From a virus, in IMG/VR virus record IMGVR_UViG_3300027833_000028, positions 1-64,000 of that record: a stretch of 64,000 nucleotides of DNA; one strand, given 5' to 3'. Below are positions 45,331 through 54,690 of this stretch, one piece after another. Below the pieces are notes generated by a model, which was not told the origin of the DNA, did not search any database, and was given only the letters and a program-made list of their open reading frames with translations. The translations under genes and the position numbers were made by a program. How positions within the stretch are numbered: the stretch's first letter is position 1; every line of letters starts with the position of its first letter.

Positions 45331-48300
45331 GTGGATTTAAACAAAAAAAGTGTAAAACAACAAGGTGGTGCTATGATACCTCAACAACCAGGCATGCAAC
45401 AACAGCCGCAAGTTGATCCTCAAGTTATGCAAATAACTGAGGTATTTTCTCAATCTATGGGACAAGGTAAAGAACCACAAGAAATAGTAATGGGTTTAAT
45501 GGAACAGCAGGTTGATCAAAACCTTATAGGCCAAGCTCTTATGACTATGGGATATGAGCAAGAAATGGTAGTGCAATTATTTAAACAAATTGCAGAATCA
45601 CAAAGACCTCAATCACCAAGTCCACAAGAGATAACAAATAATCCACAACAGTTAGCTAGAGCAGAAGAAATGCAAAAAGAAGCTCCAGCTATGAATATGA
45701 ATATTGATCCTATTGATATGGCTAAATCTGGTATAGAAATTAAACCAGAAAACAAAGGTAAGTTTACAGCATGGGCTAAATCACGTGGTATGAGCGTTAA
45801 GGAGGCTGCTAACAAGGTTATGGCAAATCCTAAGAGATACCCTCCATCTGTAGTAAAGATGGCTAATTTTGCAAAGAACGCAGCTGGATTTAAAAAACAA
45901 CCCGGTGGTGCAGTAACTCAAAATGATACTAATGATATTGAAATTCAAATAGCACTACTGCAACAACAAGCTGCAATTGCAAAAGCACAAGCAGAGCATG
46001 CTGCTAAAATGGAGTTGTTAGAAGATCCATCAATGTCTAGAACTATAACTCCAGAAAGAAAGATAGAGATGGAGGAAATAGGTAAACTTGATGCTATTAA
46101 TGAGTCAATGTATAGAACCCTAACTCCACAAAGACAATTTGAACAGGACTACATAAACTACACAGAAAAAAATGGTCCAATATCCGTCCAAGATTATAGT
46201 AAACTAACTGGTATGGATGCGTCAATGTATAGAACTATAACTCCTGAAAGACAACTTGAAGATGATATTATAAAAAAACAAGGTGGTGAATTTAAACCAC
46301 ACTTTATGTACAAAGGTAAAAGAAAGATAAGAGCTAAAGATTTGGCTACCCACCTTAGACTGAAGAAAGCTGGTTATAATCATAAAGCTCCAAAGGCCCA
46401 AACTGGTGGAGAAGGTATGTATGATACACCTATGTCAGATAGAACACCGGGTGCATATGCACCAAAAATGTATACAGGTGGTAATGTTCCAATTGGTTTT
46501 AATCCAGATCCAAAAGTACAAGCTGAATTAGAAAAGAAGTTTGGTGATAATCCTATGGCTAATCAACTTAATGATTTTTTAAAACTAACAGCAAACGGTA
46601 AACAAAATAAATTAATAGATCAAAAGGATAATGGTTATGTGGCACCAAACCCAATGTATTTTAATCCAGCAATGTTTGGAGATATGGATGTTAATGTTGC
46701 AGATATTATAAATACTACATCTAGCGTTGTTGGTGACTTGTTTGGGGAAGAAGGATCAATTTCAAACTTTGGTGAGAACAGCGCAAATGATAAATTAAGA
46801 AAGCTTACCAATTCATCTTATGATGTTAAAGCAGATTTATCTCCAGAAAATCAACAAGCATTTCAAGATTATGTTACGCAATTTAAATATGAAAATCCTG
46901 AAAAAGATATACTAGGTAATCTAGTAGAGGAATCAGAAAAAATTGCAAGTGAAATTTCTACAGAAAACATTGATCTAAAAGATCCTCAAATATTAAAATT
47001 TCTTAAGATGTCTACTAAGAACATGTCTAAGAAAGGTCAAGAATTATATGATCAACTCAAACTTAAATTTTTTCCAGATGGTGTACCTGATGTAGAAGTT
47101 GAAGAGACTGAAGAAGTTACAGAAGAAGGTACTACTAATGTTAAATATGGAGGTTCTCCTTTCTTACCAAAGGCACAGTTTAATATTCCAGACTTTATGT
47201 ATGGCAAACAAGATGCTGAGTATGATATGACCGGTGGAGGTTTTAATCCTTACACAGATGATTTAGGTGAGTTTATGAGTAATGCTGGTCAAACTAATTA
47301 TAGGGAAGATACTGAATTAGTAGATAGAGCTGCTATTGATGCAGGTACATATGGTAATAGAACACAGGACCCAACACAATCATCTGCACCACTAGATACT
47401 GAATATGACAAAGATGGAGATGGAATACCAGATATGATAGATATTGATGGTGGTAATGGAACAGGTGAAGGATTTCCAGGTACAGCAGGAAGCCCATCTG
47501 CAGATGAATTAAGAAGTAGGATAAATAAACCTACAGTAAAAAGAAATAGAAATCCTTTGGCTGCAGCAGAAAACATGTTTAACACAGCAGGTGCTGGGGT
47601 TTTTGCTGATATATCTAATGGTATTTATCAAGGTACTAGAATAGCAAATGATATAGGTGATGCTAAAAGAGCAAGACAAGCTGAGTATGATTTAAAAACT
47701 GTAGATACCATAGCTGATAATACATATGGTGTTATGACAGATATGAATTTTAAACGTGGTAAAGGTGAGTTAGTAAATCCAGGTGGTTTTGGTAGTGAAG
47801 GTGATAGAACTACTGGACTATACATGGATACAGCTAAAGAAGGTGGAGGTGTAAATAATGCAGGATTTAAAGCATTACCCCCAGCAGTACAACAAAAAAT
47901 ATTAAAATCCTTACAGGTTGGAGGAGGTGCAGGAGGCACAGCAGCTATTGATACAGCTGCAATTCTAAAAGGTTTACCATATGATTTTATGTCTACAAGT
48001 ATGGGCAAGCAGCTTTTAAATGTACAACCAGATACAGCAACTGATATTATGGATGTATATCGTAAAGCTCAAAACATTAGTAGCTTAAGTGATGGTCTTG
48101 ATTTCTTTACATCTGTAAGTAAAAAGGACATTAAAAATGTAATGAATGAGTCAGGTATAGATAAATACACTGTTAGAGATTATGTGAAAAACCAAGATTT
48201 TTATAATGATGCTAGTTGGGCAACCCAACAAGCTATAAAACTAGCAATGAAAACTAAAGGTTTAAAACAAGGTGGGGAAACAGTAAACGTAGATTCAAGA

Positions 48301-48348
48301 ATGTTGGCAAAATTAATTGCAGCCGGAGCTGATATAGAAAAATTATAA
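45331..48348 (+). CDS. Modular virion cargo protein (GTG start) made of many short modules separated by KxQxGG-like motifs
   Basis: 1005 aa; Q/M/P-rich N-terminus; about 10 motif copies. Confidence 0.7.
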   Translation: MDLNKKSVKQQGGAMIPQQPGMQQQPQVDPQVMQITEVFSQSMGQGKEPQEIVMGLMEQQVDQNLIGQALMTMGYEQEMVVQLFKQIAESQRPQSPSPQEITNNPQQLARAEEMQKEAPAMNMNIDPIDMAKSGIEIKPENKGKFTAWAKSRGMSVKEAANKVMANPKRYPPSVVKMANFAKNAAGFKKQPGGAVTQNDTNDIEIQIALLQQQAAIAKAQAEHAAKMELLEDPSMSRTITPERKIEMEEIGKLDAINESMYRTLTPQRQFEQDYINYTEKNGPISVQDYSKLTGMDASMYRTITPERQLEDDIIKKQGGEFKPHFMYKGKRKIRAKDLATHLRLKKAGYNHKAPKAQTGGEGMYDTPMSDRTPGAYAPKMYTGGNVPIGFNPDPKVQAELEKKFGDNPMANQLNDFLKLTANGKQNKLIDQKDNGYVAPNPMYFNPAMFGDMDVNVADIINTTSSVVGDLFGEEGSISNFGENSANDKLRKLTNSSYDVKADLSPENQQAFQDYVTQFKYENPEKDILGNLVEESEKIASEISTENIDLKDPQILKFLKMSTKNMSKKGQELYDQLKLKFFPDGVPDVEVEETEEVTEEGTTNVKYGGSPFLPKAQFNIPDFMYGKQDAEYDMTGGGFNPYTDDLGEFMSNAGQTNYREDTELVDRAAIDAGTYGNRTQDPTQSSAPLDTEYDKDGDGIPDMIDIDGGNGTGEGFPGTAGSPSADELRSRINKPTVKRNRNPLAAAENMFNTAGAGVFADISNGIYQGTRIANDIGDAKRARQAEYDLKTVDTIADNTYGVMTDMNFKRGKGELVNPGGFGSEGDRTTGLYMDTAKEGGGVNNAGFKALPPAVQQKILKSLQVGGGAGGTAAIDTAAILKGLPYDFMSTSMGKQLLNVQPDTATDIMDVYRKAQNISSLSDGLDFFTSVSKKDIKNVMNESGIDKYTVRDYVKNQDFYNDASWATQQAIKLAMKTKGLKQGGETVNVDSRMLAKLIAAGADIEKL

Positions 48349-48350
48349 TT

Positions 48351-51347
48351 ATGGCAAAAATTAAAATAAATAAATTACCTGAAGGTTTTAGTATCCGCAA
48401 CGGAGAAGTTGTTGAAGATACAAAGTCCATGCAAGAAGGTGGTATGACAACGGGTGATCAAGCTGATTATGGCTTAGTTACAACTCCACAGGCATATTAT
48501 GGTGATACTAATTTTAACAATTCAAGAGACGAATCTGTTAGATATAGTTTATCAAGTGTACCTAGAGAAGATGCTAATTTAGAAGCAGAAGGTGGAGAAA
48601 CAGTATTAACTGATTTAAATGATGATGGTACTTTTGGTTTATATGACATTGTAGGACCAAGACATGGTAGCGGTGGTGTACCAATGTTTTTACCTGAGCA
48701 ATCTTTTGTTTTTTCTGACACACGTAAATTAAAATTATCAAAAGATGAAATGTCAGAATTTGGTATGGGCGGAAGTAGAAAAACGCCAGCTAAAGTTTCT
48801 AAGAAATTTGGTTTGCAAGATTACTATGGGGAATTAAACTCACAGTATTCTGATGATATATCTGCCACTAGTGCAGAATTAATGTTAAAGAAAAATATGA
48901 ATGATCTTTCTAGATTAGCATTTATGCAAGAAGCAAAGAAAGAATTTTCTGATGGTGTACCATTAGCATCTCATCCATATTTAGTTTCTATAGGAGAGGA
49001 CCCAATAGAGTTTACAGCTAAGATAGAAGAAATATCTAGAAAAGAAGCAGAAGCAAAAGCATTACAAGCTTTGCCACTAGAGCAACAGCAACAGTTAATG
49101 ATGATGCAGCAAATGATGGCTCAACAAGAACAGCAACAAGGTATGCAACAACAAGGTATGCCTGCACCAATGGATGCATTTATGCCTCCAGCAGGTGAAC
49201 CAGGCTTAGCTATGGAAAATAATGCTATGTTAGATACTGCTAGATTTGGTACAGAGCTGGGAGATTTTATACAGAAAGCACAAGAAGGTAATGGTGAGAA
49301 AAAAGAAACTTATACTTTAAATAGACAACCAGCTACTAGAGCAGAATATTATGATTATATGATTAGACATAATATGCATAGAAATTTTGATGGTTCTGTT
49401 CAGCCAAAATTTTTAGATCAGTTAACTGCAGGAGAAAAATATTTATATGGTAAAGCATTAACTAAGATTGATGATTATGATCCAATGAGCATAACAGAAT
49501 CTAATGACGGTGATCTCTCACTTACTGAAGAAGAATTTGCTGTACAGTTTCCTGAAGATGTAGAAGGTTTTGTAGGTCCTACACAAACTAATGTAGAAAA
49601 AGCACAAAACAATCAGGTTTCTAAAACAGAGATGCCAGTAACTAAGAAAGAAACTGATAAAGTTGAGGATAATAAAAATCCATTTAAAGCAGGTACTGCG
49701 GATGCTATAGAGTTTGATCAAAATATTATGGATGGTTATAGCCCTGTTGTAGTAAAAAACGAGAGTGGTAAAAGTATAATTAGGTTTATTAAACCTGCGT
49801 CAGATGAAAGAAAAGATACAAGACAAAGTAGAACTAAAGGAGAAATTTCTGAAGGTGATATAGTAGGTACTGGTAATAGGACAGATGTATACACAGATGA
49901 GGTACAGGAACAACAAAAGATAACAGATGCATCTGGAATAGCATCTTTTATACCTGGTATGTATGATTTAGCAAAACTACCTGATGAACAGCTTGGAGCT
50001 GATGAATTTGGCTATGGTTCATCATTATTTTCTAGTGAAGAAGCAGAAGAAGATTTCATGTATAGAAATCAATCTATTGTTGATGAGTTAGGACCTGAGT
50101 GGAAGTACAATTATCCAAAATCTGATAAAAAAGGTTATGATAAAAACTGGAGAGATTTCCAAAATAAATATGAGGAGAAAAGAAGAGATTACTTTAAAAA
50201 GAAAGGTCTTCCATATATACCATATTTCTTTAATGATGAATCTTTAAAGCAAGCTTTTGCTGATAGTCCAGAAACCTATGATAAAGACGGTGATGGTAAA
50301 ATAGATGCGGAATGGAAAAAAAGAAAGTTTGATGGAATGAGAGGTGGTTATACTGCCAATGCTCCAGGTTTTGATATTGACTATAGTCCGGAAGATATAA
50401 GAGAGATGTCATTACCAGAAGAAACACCAACAATAAAAACACCTGGGGTAAAAGAGTATGATGGTTACCCAGCACAATGGTGGGCTCAAGACATTAATAA
50501 TCTTAATACTGTTGGGGCTATAAAGGATACTTTACGTTTACCATATGCTCCTGAACTAGAGGATCAAAAAATTGATTATGTACTTGATGATTATACAGGA
50601 AGAGTAAATGCTAATACATCAGCATTAAATACTATGGCAGGTGCATTAGGTGCATATGGACCACAAGCTCTTGCAAGAAGTAATGTATTTGGAAAAACAT
50701 TAGATGCTAATGCTAAAGCAATTAATCAAGTAAATAGCAATAATGTTAGAACAATGAATCAAGTTGCTACAATGCAACCTCAGTTAAACATGAAAGTTGA
50801 TATGACTAACAATGCTACTAATAAGCAATTGTATGATGACACAATAACAGCACTACAACAAAAAGATAATTTTACTAACTGGAGAACAGGTAAGTACAAT
50901 GAATTATTTAATGCTGGATTAACTAATTTAGCTAATACATATAACTTAAATACAATTAATCCTAATATGAATGTCAATCCAAATCAATTTGGTATGATTG
51001 AATTTACCGAAGATGGTAGAAAATTATATAAAGATGGAGATACTGATATAGCATTACAAAGAGCACAACAATTTCAAAGAGCTCAGCGGTTGATTGGAGA
51101 AGATAGTGATGGTAAACAAAGACCTGTAACAAAAGAATATTTAGAATTTTTGTATCCTAATAGTGCAACAACAAAAACAAGTAGGGCTAACCAAACTAGA
51201 GGACAATATGATCTGGAAAACAATGGTTTGCCTCCTGGCTATCAACAACCAATTGCACAATCAAAAATGGGTAGTGAAAAGAAAAAAGACAAAACCAGTT
51301 TATCAAAGTGGGCAGTGCCGTTTTACACAGGTAAGATAGGTATGTAA
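48351..51347 (+). CDS. Virion cargo protein
   Basis: 998 aa; NLEAEGGETV and GPRHGSGGV motifs, Q/M-rich linker, N-rich helical C-terminus. Confidence 0.7.
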   Translation: MAKIKINKLPEGFSIRNGEVVEDTKSMQEGGMTTGDQADYGLVTTPQAYYGDTNFNNSRDESVRYSLSSVPREDANLEAEGGETVLTDLNDDGTFGLYDIVGPRHGSGGVPMFLPEQSFVFSDTRKLKLSKDEMSEFGMGGSRKTPAKVSKKFGLQDYYGELNSQYSDDISATSAELMLKKNMNDLSRLAFMQEAKKEFSDGVPLASHPYLVSIGEDPIEFTAKIEEISRKEAEAKALQALPLEQQQQLMMMQQMMAQQEQQQGMQQQGMPAPMDAFMPPAGEPGLAMENNAMLDTARFGTELGDFIQKAQEGNGEKKETYTLNRQPATRAEYYDYMIRHNMHRNFDGSVQPKFLDQLTAGEKYLYGKALTKIDDYDPMSITESNDGDLSLTEEEFAVQFPEDVEGFVGPTQTNVEKAQNNQVSKTEMPVTKKETDKVEDNKNPFKAGTADAIEFDQNIMDGYSPVVVKNESGKSIIRFIKPASDERKDTRQSRTKGEISEGDIVGTGNRTDVYTDEVQEQQKITDASGIASFIPGMYDLAKLPDEQLGADEFGYGSSLFSSEEAEEDFMYRNQSIVDELGPEWKYNYPKSDKKGYDKNWRDFQNKYEEKRRDYFKKKGLPYIPYFFNDESLKQAFADSPETYDKDGDGKIDAEWKKRKFDGMRGGYTANAPGFDIDYSPEDIREMSLPEETPTIKTPGVKEYDGYPAQWWAQDINNLNTVGAIKDTLRLPYAPELEDQKIDYVLDDYTGRVNANTSALNTMAGALGAYGPQALARSNVFGKTLDANAKAINQVNSNNVRTMNQVATMQPQLNMKVDMTNNATNKQLYDDTITALQQKDNFTNWRTGKYNELFNAGLTNLANTYNLNTINPNMNVNPNQFGMIEFTEDGRKLYKDGDTDIALQRAQQFQRAQRLIGEDSDGKQRPVTKEYLEFLYPNSATTKTSRANQTRGQYDLENNGLPPGYQQPIAQSKMGSEKKKDKTSLSKWAVPFYTGKIGM

Positions 51348-51406
51348 ACCTAAAGGGTTTATACAAAACACTTTGTAAACTTATATAATTATATTAATTT
51401 TACATT

Positions 51407-54400
51407 ATGGCAACATACATAAAAGGAGCAGATACATATTTACCGGATATTAAGCCGTTCACACCGGATTATAAATTCTTGTCTGCAGTTTTGGAGACAA
51501 GACAAGATAAGTATGATACTAATTTTAAGGCTACCAATGACTTATATAACAAGGTAGTCTATGCTGATTTGTCTAGGAATGATACTAAAGAAAGAAGAGA
51601 TCAGTATGCAGAACAAATAGCACCACAGATAGAAAAAATATCTGGTATGGATTTATCATTAGCTCAAAATGTTAATGCAGCTAAGGATGTCTTTGCACCA
51701 TTTTATGAAGATGATATAACTGTAAAAGATGTTGTATATACATCTAGGTATAGAGAAGAAATGAAGACAGCAAATCTATTGCTTAATTCACCAGATAGAA
51801 CTGTACAAGCAACATACTGGAAGACTGGTGAGAGAGCAATGCAATATCAAATGGATGCATTTATAAATGCAGATCCTGATAAAGCATTACAAATGGGTTT
51901 ACCTAAATATGTACCAGATGCAAATTTGTTTGAAATGAGTCAACAGATGTTGGAAAACATGGATCCTCCTTTAAAGATGAAGAGAGATAGGTTTGCCAAA
52001 AAAGCTAATCCAAAGTTTAACCCTAATAAACCTGTATCAGAAACTAATCAAAGAGAGATTGCAAATTCTGATTGGATTATTACAGAACAAAATGGTGCTC
52101 AAGTAACTGGTGCTGCATTACAGCAGATCAGAAATAGACTTATGGAAGCTCCAAGAGTACAAGCTGCATATCAAACAGAAGCATATGTTAAAGGTATGGA
52201 TTGGGCAACGCAAGCTGTGAACGAAGGTAGAGCTGCTAACTTAGAACAAGGACAAGAACTTTGGGCTTCTGAAACAATAAGAAGGCTTGATAAAATTAAT
52301 GAATTAAGAATGGCTCAAGACATGCAGGCTTTATCTAAAGCAGAAAAAGCAAATGTTTCATGGGCAAATTATAAAGGTGCTAATGGTATTATAGAAGGGT
52401 CACAACTTGATCAAGCTAATACAGAACAACTTTCAAGAACTGAACAATTTAAAGCAGCTTTAGAAGCTAAAAAAAGAATTAGAGAAGAAGCAGCATTACC
52501 TAGTAAGACGCTGGGTAATACTTTGAATAAAGCATATAGTATGCTAATGCAGAATAATATCATGGCTGACATGAGAGAGTCTGCACAAGCATGGAGCGCA
52601 AGAGATTATGAGTATGAAATGCGTGAAAATAAATATGCTCTTCAAGACAAACAATTTAAAATGGACATGAGTAAGATTAGAGCTAATGCATCAAATGCTC
52701 TTAATCTAGAAAAAGTTAAACAAAAAAATAGAGTTGATCTTAAACTATTAGAAAATGAATTAGAAGGATCTAGATCAAATAGCCCACTTGGGGATGCTGT
52801 GTCAAGTGCTTATACTACCCTTGGGGATGGAAATACAATTGATTTAGCAACTGATAAAAAAAATAAGATTACCGAAAATCCTGATATGATTCAAAGAACC
52901 AAGGATCAGTTTACTGAAGCAGATGGTAAATTAGCAGCAACTCAGGTTAATGATATTGTTAATATGATGTCATTAATGAATCCTAGAGGTGACAACTCAA
53001 GCCAAGATCAAACGTATGGTATTCAAGTAACTGGAGAGAATGGTGAGTTAAAAGAATTTAGAGGGTCAATAGAACAGATAAAAACAAAACTATTAGAGCA
53101 ATCTACAAATGATGAAGGTGTCTCTACAGGTTATAAAAACAGAGATTTAATAGCTAAAATATATTCTGATAAGAATACAGAGTTTACTAACACAAGACAA
53201 CAAGCATTAGATAATCCAAATATGGTATTATCAAGAGACCAAAGAACTTCTTATGATCAGCTCTATGAAAAGATGAATGGTATAAATGGTACTAACACTC
53301 AAGTAAAAGGTGTAGAGCAATTTGTACAAACAGCATATAATAAATTTGAGGAAGCTAATAATGTTACAACTGCTAGTGTAAAAAAAGAAGAGAAGCATGT
53401 TAGAAACTTAATGGACAATGGTAATTTCCCAAATATTTTTAAAGACGGTATACCTTTAAATAAAGAAGAATACATTAACATGGTAAAGGAAGGTATTAAA
53501 GATGGTAAAATTACTAATGTTAATTTAGATTGGAAAGTAGATACTGGAACTAATAATAAAGATTATATGATTCAAGCTACAGAGACAGAATATACTGAAA
53601 ACTATGCAACCACAGTATACTTAAGAAATCCAGACGGTTCTCCGAAAATGATTCTTGATGAGAAAGCAGTTAATGATGAAGCAGGAATGGTTTATGACGC
53701 ACTTAAAAAAGGATTAAACAAAAGACTTACTGGTCAACAAGATTCTAATGTTAATTCAGGAGATTTTAATTCTGCTAGATATGGAATCAACGGGAGCTTT
53801 ACAGATGTAGTCAGTAATCCTACGTACAACTATTCTATTAATCCTTTAGTAAACAATCCTGACAATGAACAGGAAATGGCTAATATGATTAATCAAGTTA
53901 AATCTTTACAAGCTACCAACACACCTTATGGATTAGGAGTTGGAAGGTTAAATAAAGACTCAGAGTTGTTAAGCAAAAATGCTTTAGCATCAAAGGTTTA
54001 TAATTTATGGTTAGAAGATTTAAATACTTGGATTAATAATCCTAAAAGATCTAACACAGATGCAATAGCACCTATTGGTGTTTTAGCATATATGCCAGTC
54101 TATGATAAAGCAAATGTAGGAGATAAAACTCATGCAGGTTATGAACTTAAGTTTAGTCAAGAGTGGCTTGCATCAAAAGTTAAAGGACCAAAAGATGCAG
54201 AGTATGGTGCATTAACTAAAGAAGATTTAAAAAAATTAAAAGGTGTAGGTGAAAATAATAATGACAGTGGTATATTTTTAGTTTTTGATCAGAGTCAAGA
54301 TTTAAATGTTAAAGCAAAAAAGAATGATTATTATTCTTCAACAGAAATAGATATTCTTGGTGGTGATGATAGCAACTATCATGATTATTCAGTACCTAAT

Positions 54401-54679
54401 GATAATGGTATAACTAATACAGCTGACTATAGAGTTATTAAAAATGGGACTGGAAATTACATGCTTGATTATTCAGTTAATTATTATAATCCTTATGATC
54501 CAAATGCTGAAAATTATAGTGAATATACAACTGACACAGGCACAGTTCAAATGGATTTTAGAAATGGCTTAATGGGAATTGATCAACAGATGATAAATCT
54601 GCAAGCTCAGTATCAAGAAATTAGAAGAAATAACCAGGCCTTAAGAGAAAAAGATCAGGCTATTTACGGTAAAAAATAA
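51407..54679 (+). CDS. Large virion cargo/ejection protein
   Basis: 1090 aa with a helical N-terminal half; directly upstream of the giant gene. Confidence 0.65.
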   Translation: MATYIKGADTYLPDIKPFTPDYKFLSAVLETRQDKYDTNFKATNDLYNKVVYADLSRNDTKERRDQYAEQIAPQIEKISGMDLSLAQNVNAAKDVFAPFYEDDITVKDVVYTSRYREEMKTANLLLNSPDRTVQATYWKTGERAMQYQMDAFINADPDKALQMGLPKYVPDANLFEMSQQMLENMDPPLKMKRDRFAKKANPKFNPNKPVSETNQREIANSDWIITEQNGAQVTGAALQQIRNRLMEAPRVQAAYQTEAYVKGMDWATQAVNEGRAANLEQGQELWASETIRRLDKINELRMAQDMQALSKAEKANVSWANYKGANGIIEGSQLDQANTEQLSRTEQFKAALEAKKRIREEAALPSKTLGNTLNKAYSMLMQNNIMADMRESAQAWSARDYEYEMRENKYALQDKQFKMDMSKIRANASNALNLEKVKQKNRVDLKLLENELEGSRSNSPLGDAVSSAYTTLGDGNTIDLATDKKNKITENPDMIQRTKDQFTEADGKLAATQVNDIVNMMSLMNPRGDNSSQDQTYGIQVTGENGELKEFRGSIEQIKTKLLEQSTNDEGVSTGYKNRDLIAKIYSDKNTEFTNTRQQALDNPNMVLSRDQRTSYDQLYEKMNGINGTNTQVKGVEQFVQTAYNKFEEANNVTTASVKKEEKHVRNLMDNGNFPNIFKDGIPLNKEEYINMVKEGIKDGKITNVNLDWKVDTGTNNKDYMIQATETEYTENYATTVYLRNPDGSPKMILDEKAVNDEAGMVYDALKKGLNKRLTGQQDSNVNSGDFNSARYGINGSFTDVVSNPTYNYSINPLVNNPDNEQEMANMINQVKSLQATNTPYGLGVGRLNKDSELLSKNALASKVYNLWLEDLNTWINNPKRSNTDAIAPIGVLAYMPVYDKANVGDKTHAGYELKFSQEWLASKVKGPKDAEYGALTKEDLKKLKGVGENNNDSGIFLVFDQSQDLNVKAKKNDYYSSTEIDILGGDDSNYHDYSVPNDNGITNTADYRVIKNGTGNYMLDYSVNYYNPYDPNAENYSEYTTDTGTVQMDFRNGLMGIDQQMINLQAQYQEIRRNNQALREKDQAIYGKK

Positions 54680-54690
54680 ATCATAAGTAA

